A DNA stretch of 64,000 nucleotides from a bacterium (lineage in GTDB: Bacteria > Patescibacteriota > Minisyncoccia > UBA6257 > GWB1-50-10), in contig JAKANQ010000002.1 in the NCBI GenBank assembly GCA_021812365.1, forward strand, positions 16,953-80,952. Direction: 5' to 3'. Each line of letters opens with the position of its first letter. Within the stretch, counting starts at the first letter, position 1. The notes under the pieces were generated by a model, which did not search any database, was not told the DNA's origin, and saw only the letters and a list, made by a program, of their open reading frames with translations. The position numbers and the translations under genes are program-made. This document shows positions 57,101 through 64,000 of the stretch, piece after piece.

Positions 57101-57684
57101 AGTCATTAGCGCAGAATGCAAAGGCATCCGTGCATCTTGAGGATTGGCCGAAGGCGGAGAAGCGGCTGATAGACGAGAGCTTGATTGAGGGGATGGCGGA
57201 GGTGCGTCTTGCGGCAAGCGTTGCGCTCGCGAAACGCGCGGAGAAGGGAATAAAAGTACGCCAGCCGCTCGCAGAACTGAAACTGAAGAGTATAAAACTT
57301 GAGGGAAAGAAGGCGCTTCTCGAGATATTGAAGGATGAGGTGAATGTAAAGAAGGTCTCATTCAACAAAGACCTCGCGGAAGACGTGGAACTTGATACGA
57401 ACATCACGCATGAGCTTGTGGAGGAAGGATTACTTCGTGAATTGGTGCGTATGGTGCAGGACTTGCGCCAGGATGCGGGATTCTCACCAAAAGACGCCAT
57501 TGTGCTGCACGTTGATGTTCCTGAGGAATTGAGTTTTGTCTTGCGCAAGAATGAGGCGTTCGCAAAACGAGAGGTGAATGCCAAGGTCATTGAGTTCAAG
57601 CGCGTTGAACGATTTGATGCGGAGATAGCCTCGAAACTCGGTGATTTCAATGTCTGGCTCGCGGTACGGAAGAATAAGAAATAG
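54160..57684 (+). CDS. ileS: Isoleucine--tRNA ligase (type 2) with an inserted histidine-phosphatase domain
   Basis: GPPTANGRPGIHH, GWDTHGLPVE, WTTTPWTLP, WAISRERYWGTP, DQTRGWF, KMSKS; insert with RHGEA, SDLLRTKET, IVSHE. Confidence 0.95.
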   Translation: MLKNTEKFSLPEVEEKVLAFWDDNKIFEKSLSKNKPAKGRGGKKFVFYEGPPTANGRPGIHHVLARSYKDVVLRYKTMSGFSVPRKGGWDTHGLPVELEVEKALGLKSKKEIEKYGVAAFNKKCRESVWKYKDEWEKLTRRMGFWLDMENPYITYKNEYMETIWWTFSQIAEKKLLYKGHKIVPWCTRCGTALSSHELALGYKEVEDTSVYVKFKVKKGQHIGKSLVADNKTYILSWTTTPWTLPGNVALAVGEGIEYAAIEAGEGSKKETLILASPRLGILDMPHTVLGTMKGKELVGVEYEPLFSIDVFIHGSAKDVSYRVYPADFVTTTDGTGVVHTAVMYGEDDYKLGKKFGLPEVHTVNEQGMFVEAVPEFAGMYVKAKDTEEKILAALSHKNLLLKKELYAHEYPFCWRCSSPLLYYGRHSWFIEMSKLRTSLQKENKNINWIPENIREGRFGEWIREAKDWAISRERYWGTPLPIWECESCKTVRVIGGVKDLESTQKKSTNRYLLIRHGEAENNVKNVVSSWPEKARYHLTPKGRAAVLKLAKKLSRTKIDIIFASDLLRTKETANLLKEELEVPVIFDERLREINVGEFNGSLIKEYQDFFGTKMEKFTKAPEGGETLTELRTRMFGFVKEMEKKYSGKTIAIVSHEDPLWLLTSAMQGWTDEQIIAEKEGHLGAFLGAGEMREEVFRVLPRDESGMFDLHKPYIDSVVFPCKKCGSEMKRIPEVADVWFDSGAMPFAQAHYPFEHSKSLDFPADYISEGMDQTRGWFYTLLAVSTLLGRGTPYKNVISLGLILDKNGQKMSKSKGNIVSPWDMIQKYGIDVTRWYFYTVNPPGEAKKFDELELAKVSRQFFALIYNSFVFFDLYSDRKYIPKTTPKATNILDKWIMARLHETISEATEHMEKYEMGDAARLIEEFVGDLSRWYIRRSRRRLQKPESKKEFEAVSTVFGYTLIQLAKLMAPFSPFFSEALYKSLAQNAKASVHLEDWPKAEKRLIDESLIEGMAEVRLAASVALAKRAEKGIKVRQPLAELKLKSIKLEGKKALLEILKDEVNVKKVSFNKDLAEDVELDTNITHELVEEGLLRELVRMVQDLRQDAGFSPKDAIVLHVDVPEELSFVLRKNEAFAKREVNAKVIEFKRVERFDAEIASKLGDFNVWLAVRKNKK

Positions 57685-57696
57685 AGAGCGAACAGG

Positions 57697-57720
57697 AATC
57701 CCGCGAATGCGGGATTTTTT
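57697..57720 (+). terminator. Intrinsic terminator
   Basis: AATCCCGC-GAAT-GCGGGATTTTTT. Confidence 0.8.
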
Positions 57721-57784
57721 GTTGACGCAGTGTGGGTTTGGTAGTAGCGTAATCGAAGCACATAGACTGCCAAGGAGGTGCCCT

Positions 57785-58294
57785 GTGAATGATAGAATCT
57801 TCGGTTTGAACATGACGTCTCTTGAGACCAAGGTGAAGGAGCTCGATGAGCTCATTCGCGCATACACGCGGTCCGAGAGGGAGTTGTGGCAGCTTGTTCC
57901 GTACCTTGCGCTTCAGGCGGATGGACGGAGCGGATATTCTTCGCAATATTCCCTTGCGTATAGTGTGGGGCTTTGGAGAATTGAGCATTCACTGGACAGA
58001 TTTAGTTCGTACACGGTCGCGGTTGACTGCGCGACGGGCGAGCTTGTGTCTATTCCTAATACGCATGAGAAGGCCCACAAGGAAGATGTGCTCCGATGCG
58101 CTTCTCGGCTGCGCGAGTTTGATGCAGCTGCGGTCGTCCTCGAACTTCGAAAGGAGGGGAAGGCTTCTTATTCGAAGTGTTATGACGAGGCGGAGATCAA
58201 GGCGTGGCGTCTCAGGACTCAGGAGGAGTACGATCTGAGAGAGGTCTTCATACGAAAAGGTGAGGTACCGATATTCGGATTTTGTTGGGATTGA
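57785..58294 (+). CDS. Hypothetical protein
   Basis: SD AAGGAGGT before GTG 57785; promoter TTGACG-17-TAGCGT (57722-57750); terminator 58298-58327. Confidence 0.7.
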   Translation: MNDRIFGLNMTSLETKVKELDELIRAYTRSERELWQLVPYLALQADGRSGYSSQYSLAYSVGLWRIEHSLDRFSSYTVAVDCATGELVSIPNTHEKAHKEDVLRCASRLREFDAAAVVLELRKEGKASYSKCYDEAEIKAWRLRTQEEYDLREVFIRKGEVPIFGFCWD

Positions 58295-58328
58295 TACAAA
58301 AACCCCCGCGCGTTGCGGGGGATTTTTA

Positions 58329-59312
58329 TTATGCGAGTCCCAATTTTTTCTTTACCACCTCCATCTTCTTTTCAGAAACCTTGAGTGCTTTCTTATTCCC
58401 TTTTTCCATTATGGCCTTTATACCCTTCGCATCCTTTGCGAGTACCCTCTTTCTTTTCTGGAATGGGGTAAGCGAGGTTATCACCGTTTCCGCCAAATCC
58501 CTCTTGAAGTCCGCGTATCCCTTGCCCCTGTATGCTGCGACAAGCGCATCTATCGATTTGCCGCTCATTGCAGAGTAGAGCGTTAAAAGATTTGCCATCG
58601 CGGGGCGATTCTCCTTATCAAATCCCACTTCGCGCTCCGAATCCGTGACCGCGCTCATTATCTTCTTTCGAATGACCTCCGGCGCATCATCAATGAAGAC
58701 GCATCCCGCGGGGCGCGATTTTGACATCTTCTTTGTGGGGTCATCAAGGCTCATAAGGCGGGTGACCTCGGTCATCTTCGGCGCGGGCTCGAAGAAGGTC
58801 TTGCCGAACTTCGTGTTGAACTTTCGCGCGAGCGTTCGCGTGAGCTCCAAGTGCTGTAGCTGGTCGTGGCCCACGGGCACCACCTTCGCGTCGTAGAGGA
58901 GAATATCGGCCGCCATGAGAACGGGGTAATTGAAAAGACCCACGTTCGTATTCTCAGCGATATCTTCCGACTTATCTTTGAATTGCGTCATGCGGCGCAG
59001 CTCTCCCATCGGGGTGATGGTGTTCAACGCCCACATCAATTCGGTGTGCGCGGGAATCGCGGATTGCTGGAAGATGACCGATTTTTTGGGGTCGAGACCT
59101 GCCGCGAGATAATCAAGCGCGACATTCACTATCTGCTTCTGCTTCTCCTTCGGATTGTATTCCTCCGTCATCGAGTGGAGGTCCGCAATGAAGAAATAGC
59201 ACTCATATTTTCCTGAGTTTTGAAGCTCCACGAAGTTTTTCAAAGCTCCCAGATAGTTGCCAAGATGAAGATTTCCCGTCGGCTGAATGCCGGATACAAG
59301 CACTGGTTTCAT
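58329..59312 (-). CDS. trpS: Tryptophan--tRNA ligase
   Basis: SGIQPTGNLHLGNYLGA, YPVLMAADILLY, VPVGHDQLQH, KMSKS. Confidence 0.97.
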   Translation of the reverse strand: MKPVLVSGIQPTGNLHLGNYLGALKNFVELQNSGKYECYFFIADLHSMTEEYNPKEKQKQIVNVALDYLAAGLDPKKSVIFQQSAIPAHTELMWALNTITPMGELRRMTQFKDKSEDIAENTNVGLFNYPVLMAADILLYDAKVVPVGHDQLQHLELTRTLARKFNTKFGKTFFEPAPKMTEVTRLMSLDDPTKKMSKSRPAGCVFIDDAPEVIRKKIMSAVTDSEREVGFDKENRPAMANLLTLYSAMSGKSIDALVAAYRGKGYADFKRDLAETVITSLTPFQKRKRVLAKDAKGIKAIMEKGNKKALKVSEKKMEVVKKKLGLA

Positions 59313-59507
59313 ATTTTTCAGTATACTATGCGCGGAATGGCTACGCAAAACAGTTGAGTCATGTGGCGCTCCCCATGTTGTTTTAAAGAACATCGCGCAG
59401 ACCACGAAGGTGGTCGAGCGGGAAGAAAATTTTTAGTAAAAAATTATTCTGGTTCTGAAAAATAATCTGGGGAGCGCTAAACAAAAACCCCCTTGCGGGG
59501 GATTTTG

Positions 59508-61382
59508 TTAGATTTCTATTATTACCGGCAGGATCATCGGTCGGCGCTTCGTCTTATTGAAGAGGAAGAGTCCGATCTGATCACGAACCAATCCTTTAAG
59601 ATAGTCGGGATCAAGATTCTCCTTGTTTGGAATGCGTGTGATAAGGTTTCGTATCCTCTTGCGCACCTCCTCCAAGAGCTCCTGATTTTCCTTGAGATAG
59701 ATGAAGCCGCGGGAGATGATGTCGGGATTTTTGAGTATCCTTCCATCCGCCTTGCTTACCGTGACGATGACCACCACCATACCTTCCTGAGAGAGGGTAA
59801 TGCGGTCGCGGAGCACCACCTCGCCGACATCGCCGACGCCGAGTCCGTCAACCATGATGTATTCCGATTCGACGTGCTGGTCGGTCTTTACCACCTTGTC
59901 GGGGTACAATTCCACAACCTGTCCGTTATCGGTCACAATGGTATTTTCGGGTTTCAATCCTATCGCTTCCTGCGCGGTCTTCGCGTTCCTCCAGCGCAAG
60001 AAATAATATCCATGCATCGGGATGAAGTGCTTCGGCTTCACAAATTCTATCACCGCGCGCAATTCACCTTGTGGGGCGTGGCCCGATGAGTGAATGGAAA
60101 GCATTTTGTTGTGATACACGATGGCTCCTTGGCGAGCGAAATTGTCGCGCAACGTCTGTACGCCGCGCTCATTTCCCGGAATGACGCCGGATGAGAGTAC
60201 GACTGAGTCGCCTGGTTTCAATTTGATGTGCTTGTGTTCGCCATTCGCGATGCGCATGAAGCTTCCATTCGGTTCTCCCTGCGAACCGGTGCAGAGAAGC
60301 ATAAGTTTGTTGTCCTTATGTTTGTGAATCTCCTCAAGCGGAATGAACGTGTCCTTTTTGAATTTGAGATAGCCTAGGTTCTGCGCGATCTGAAGATTTG
60401 TCTTCATCGAGAGTCCGCTTATCGCAACCTTCCTGCCGAGCTTTTCCGCAATCTTGATGATCTCACCCAGTCGGTCGAGAAGCGACGCAAATGTTCCCAC
60501 GAGGATGCGTCCTTCCGCGGCGGAGAATATTTTTTCAAGTTCCGCTTCGACGACGCGTTCTGAAACGGAAAGTCCTGGGACTTCGGCATTCGTCGAATCA
60601 AGGAGAAGGGTGTGGATGCCTTCCTCACCGACGCGTTTCCATGTGTCGATGCCGAGCGGTTTTCCATCCGTATCGTAATCGAATTTGAATTCTCCCGGGT
60701 GTACCACATTACCGATAGGGGTGCGGAAGATGATTCCGATACCGTCGGGAATGTTGTGAACCACGTCGAAGAATGTCGCGGAGAAGTATCTTCCGAACTG
60801 GTGCGTCTCTCCGCCCTTCACGAGCTGGAAGCGCAATTTTGGTGCGTTCGGAAAATCTTCCTGACGTTTCAAGATTATCTCCTTTGAGAGTAATGTGGTG
60901 TAGATGGGTGGGTTGCCAATCTTTTCCATGATGTGCGGAATCGCGCCGATGTGGTCATAGTGCGCGTGGGTGATGATTAGTGCCTTTATCTTGTTCCTGT
61001 TGTTCTCAAGATAGGTGATGTTCGGGATGATGTAGTCGACGCCTGGAGTGTTTTCCTCGGGGAAGCCGAGGCCTGCATCGATGATGATTATTTCATCCTT
61101 GTATTCCATCATCATCATGTTGCGGCCGATTTCGCCGAATCCGCCGAGCGCTATGAAGCGGAGCGGTTCTTCACCGGTATGTTTCGGTGCGGTGTGTTGG
61201 ACTATCGGCTGTGTCGCGCGAAATGCGGGACGCGTACGATAACTTTCGCTTCGCCCACGCGGACGAGGGCGATTTCCGGGGTGTCCACCCTGCCTTGTGT
61301 TCGGCCTATCGTTGTGCGGACGAGGACCTTTGTGTTGATTTGTTGACCCGTGTTCTCGGGGTTTTTGTGGTTGTGTAACCAT
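59508..61382 (-). CDS. rnj: Ribonuclease J with an Arg/Pro-rich N-terminal extension
   Basis: LGGFGEIGRN, THAHYDHIG, DSTNA, TGSQGEP, HSSGHA, PMHG, RRPMILPVIIE. Confidence 0.95.
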   Translation of the reverse strand: MVTQPQKPREHGSTNQHKGPRPHNDRPNTRQGGHPGNRPRPRGRSESYRTRPAFRATQPIVQHTAPKHTGEEPLRFIALGGFGEIGRNMMMMEYKDEIIIIDAGLGFPEENTPGVDYIIPNITYLENNRNKIKALIITHAHYDHIGAIPHIMEKIGNPPIYTTLLSKEIILKRQEDFPNAPKLRFQLVKGGETHQFGRYFSATFFDVVHNIPDGIGIIFRTPIGNVVHPGEFKFDYDTDGKPLGIDTWKRVGEEGIHTLLLDSTNAEVPGLSVSERVVEAELEKIFSAAEGRILVGTFASLLDRLGEIIKIAEKLGRKVAISGLSMKTNLQIAQNLGYLKFKKDTFIPLEEIHKHKDNKLMLLCTGSQGEPNGSFMRIANGEHKHIKLKPGDSVVLSSGVIPGNERGVQTLRDNFARQGAIVYHNKMLSIHSSGHAPQGELRAVIEFVKPKHFIPMHGYYFLRWRNAKTAQEAIGLKPENTIVTDNGQVVELYPDKVVKTDQHVESEYIMVDGLGVGDVGEVVLRDRITLSQEGMVVVIVTVSKADGRILKNPDIISRGFIYLKENQELLEEVRKRIRNLITRIPNKENLDPDYLKGLVRDQIGLFLFNKTKRRPMILPVIIEI

Positions 61383-61651
61383 ATTTTTTTAAATTTTTGC
61401 CTTTCATTTCCGATTTCCTTTCTCTCGAAAAATCACAGAAACTGATCGAAAAGGGAATGAGCAAAAACTTGTTTAATTATTTTGTTGTTTTTAAATTATT
61501 TGCACACAGAACGACTCAATGTATGAAAAATAAATAGTGTATAAGAGTTGGGGACGGTGTCCTCATCTCTTAGGTAAAGCGTATATATGATGTAGATTAC
61601 TGCCAGTAAGCGTTTTTAAATTGATTCAATCTTTAAATGCCAATGTCAGTG

Positions 61652-61735
61652 TGCCGAGGAGGAGAGTTGAACTCCTATGGCCTTGCGGCCGCTGGCACCT
61701 GAAGCCAGTGCGTCTGCCAATTCCGCCACCTCGGC
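61652..61735 (-). tRNA. tRNA-Leu(CAG)
   Basis: GCCGAGG/CCTCGGC-A acceptor, anticodon loop TTCAGGT, long variable arm; CCA not encoded. Confidence 0.94.
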
Positions 61736-61946
61736 ATCGGTATCTTTCTTATGAGACGTACCAATGTCGTTATCCGTCCCTATGCCAACAATAATACAAG
61801 ACGAATATTTTAGGAAGTCTTGCGGAATAGTATTGTTTTCAAGTGAGTATTCGGAATGCCCTACGGAGGGCCGAATGGAGGAGTAAACGCTTGAATACAT
61901 AGTACACAAACACCTCCATTTTGTCAATTTGTGTCGTTTTTTCTCG

Positions 61947-63596
61947 CTATTTCAGTATACGTACGCTGGAAAGGTTCCAGTTCTCCACGCCTCTGAATCT
62001 ATCTTCCGGCGCGGTCAACGTGCCAGGATTGAAGCCATTCAAGCGCGAAGAATGAGCATAGAAATAGGGCATTGAGAAGAGGAATATCGCGGGATTGTCA
62101 TTCATAAGAATCTGCTCCTCGCGCTCAAGGTTTGCGCGTTGAGTTTCTGGATCGTTCTGTTGCCGCGTTGATTCCATGAGCTTATCCGCTTCGGTATTTT
62201 GGTAGAGTGAAAGATTCAGCCCTGGGTAGAAGCGTTGTGACGAGTGCCAGAAGGGGAAAAGGTCGGCGGGATTCTCATACACATTGCCGAAGAGGAGCAG
62301 GTCGTAGTTTCTTGTTTTGATATAGCTATCAACGAGCGTATCTGTGTCCTCTTGCGTGATAGTGACGTCAGAGATGCCCGCGGTCATCCAATCCGATTTT
62401 ATCTTCTCCGCCACTTTTTCGAGGAAGGGAACCTTTGGTACTAAAAGCGTCAGTTGGATATTCTTATTCTTGAGCCCCGCGATTATGCGCGCCGCGGCGA
62501 CCGGATCATACGACGGCACTGTTCCGGTGTTTGTCCACGCAGGAATCGTCGATGTGCCAAGCGCGCTTTGCGGTTCAAATGAGATGAGATTTTTGAAGAG
62601 CGGAGATTCCATCGGTGTGGCATTACCTTTGAATATGTCACTTGCAATCGCTTCTTTGTTGATGGCCGCATTGAGTGCGTTTCGCAGATTGCCATCTTTC
62701 AACACCGGGTTATTCACTGAATTAATGAAGATGGCATAGTATCGCGGCATTGGCACATTCTCAACGGTGATGCGAGGAAGGCTTTGTGTCTCCGCGCCAA
62801 GCGGAAGTGCGCTTCCGAATCCGTCAATGCGGCGCAAGCGCATATCGTTCGCGAGCTCCTCATTTGACGCGTAAAAACGGAATATGAATTGGCTGATGTA
62901 CGGTTCCTGTCCGCTAAAATTAGTATTTGCCAAGAGGCGATACTCCGTGATGAAGCCATCCTTCTGTTTTGAAAAACTGTCGAATTTGTATGGACCGCTT
63001 CCTACGGGTTCAAGGTTGTATTCCGAAAGTGTCATATTCTCTATCGGTATCGCGCCGAAAATATGTTTTGGAATGACGCGGGTGGTTCTTAGGTTCTTTG
63101 TGAAGAAGACATACGGCGCGGGAAGCGTGAATTTGATTTGTAACTGGCTTATGCGTTCCACGTTTACGCCCTGCCAATCTTTTGCGAGGGGCGAGCGCGA
63201 GTCGGGATTCTGAATCGTTTGAACGGTGAATAATACGTCATCGCTTGTGAGCGGTTGGCCGTCGCTCCACAAAAGTCCTTCTTTGAGTTTTATTGTATAT
63301 TCGCGGCCATCATCGGAAAGTTTCCAATCCGAGATGAGTGATGACAGGTCGGAAAATACGAGCGCTGAGATGTCCTGGTCCGTCTGATTGGAAGAGAATA
63401 CGGGATTTATCATAATGGGTTGTCCTACGATGCCTTCTGTATAGGTCCCTCCGCGTACAGGAATATATGAGCCGCTCTCCTCGATTGTTTTGGTTATAGT
63501 GACCATAAGCGCGAACACAAAGATCGCGAATGCAATCGCAATGGTCACGCGATCCTTTTGAGAGATGGATTTTAATATAAGTTTTAATGTTTGCAT
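61947..63596 (-). CDS. ABC transporter substrate-binding protein, family 5 (peptide-type)
   Basis: GGTYTEGIVG, WSDGQPLTSDDVLFT, PVGSGPYKF, FPFWHSSQ. Confidence 0.9.
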   Translation of the reverse strand: MQTLKLILKSISQKDRVTIAIAFAIFVFALMVTITKTIEESGSYIPVRGGTYTEGIVGQPIMINPVFSSNQTDQDISALVFSDLSSLISDWKLSDDGREYTIKLKEGLLWSDGQPLTSDDVLFTVQTIQNPDSRSPLAKDWQGVNVERISQLQIKFTLPAPYVFFTKNLRTTRVIPKHIFGAIPIENMTLSEYNLEPVGSGPYKFDSFSKQKDGFITEYRLLANTNFSGQEPYISQFIFRFYASNEELANDMRLRRIDGFGSALPLGAETQSLPRITVENVPMPRYYAIFINSVNNPVLKDGNLRNALNAAINKEAIASDIFKGNATPMESPLFKNLISFEPQSALGTSTIPAWTNTGTVPSYDPVAAARIIAGLKNKNIQLTLLVPKVPFLEKVAEKIKSDWMTAGISDVTITQEDTDTLVDSYIKTRNYDLLLFGNVYENPADLFPFWHSSQRFYPGLNLSLYQNTEADKLMESTRQQNDPETQRANLEREEQILMNDNPAIFLFSMPYFYAHSSRLNGFNPGTLTAPEDRFRGVENWNLSSVRILK

Positions 63597-63658
63597 GTCT
63601 TCGTTTTATAGTACCAAAAAACCCCACGAGGGGGAATTGTTTGGTTTTTAACAAAAAG

Positions 63659-63874
63659 TTATTTTACGAGAAGGTTCGCTACCGCAAGCGCGCCAAAAAC
63701 GAATGCTAGCACGAGTGTCGCCCAGTAGATTATTTTTTCGAATCCGCGGCGCGTCTGATATGATGCCCCCGCGCCTCCGCCGAAAAGTCCTCCGGCTCCC
63801 GCAGAGCGCTCCTGAACGAGCACGAGCGCGATAAGCGCGACTGATACCACGATTTCTGCAATGTTTAATCCCAT
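63659..63874 (-). CDS. secG: Preprotein translocase subunit SecG
   Basis: LVLVQERSAGAGGLFGG...TRRGFEK; two TM helices. Confidence 0.93.
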   Translation of the reverse strand: MGLNIAEIVVSVALIALVLVQERSAGAGGLFGGGAGASYQTRRGFEKIIYWATLVLAFVFGALAVANLLVK

Positions 63875-63909
63875 AGTATGTGTTAGTCTTCTGATCCCAT
63901 ATGCGTAAA

Positions 63910-63999
63910 TTATTCTTCTGTGTGGAAGCGCCTGCTTATGAACTCGAGAACCATGTTCACTGCGGTCACAATAAGCGTGCCATATAAGAGTGGAAGATA
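63910..63999 (-). CDS. 3' end of a membrane protein (possibly phage-holin/YvlD family), truncated by the window edge
   Basis: Open frame YLPLLYGTLIVTAVNMVLEFISRRFHTEE*. Confidence 0.5.
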   Translation of the reverse strand, partial: YLPLLYGTLIVTAVNMVLEFISRRFHTEE

Positions 64000-64000
64000 C

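Noticed and set aside
61646-61927. 93-aa ORF
   Set aside because: Spans tRNA-Leu and its promoter.
1-64000. Alternative genetic code (TGA read as Gly, as in Gracilibacteria)
   Set aside because: Conserved genes are intact under code 11 and TGA ends genes such as murB and the uracil-DNA glycosylase at expected positions.

Overview
A 64-kb chromosomal segment around the replication origin (jag-yidC-rnpA-rpmH-dnaA-oriC-dnaN) of what looks like a Patescibacteria/CPR (Parcubacteria-type) genome using genetic code 11; the taxonomy is inferred from gene content and style. Most genes are housekeeping: polA, dispersed ruvA/B/C, holA, tsaE, murB/murE, a class A PBP, infC-rpmI-rplT, smpB-ssrA, argS, ileS, trpS, rnj, secG and two tRNAs. 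Surface genes include a VirB2-like pilin fused to an M15-type peptidase, a PilB-type ATPase and a cohesin/dockerin pair behind an ECF sigma factor. The most notable feature is a ~5.16-kb element integrated at the 3' end of tmRNA, bounded by a 7-bp GTGTGGA direct repeat at 34304-34310 and 39461-39467. Its large serine recombinase gene runs through the att site, so excision would swap the C-terminal tail from a 19-aa antisense-tmRNA tail to a 37-aa tail stored at the other end of the element. The element carries a HigB/HigA-IrrE module, a GIY-YIG-like protein, two candidate structured RNAs and an array of covarying hairpins. All calls come from reading the sequence by eye; no database searches or folding computations were run.
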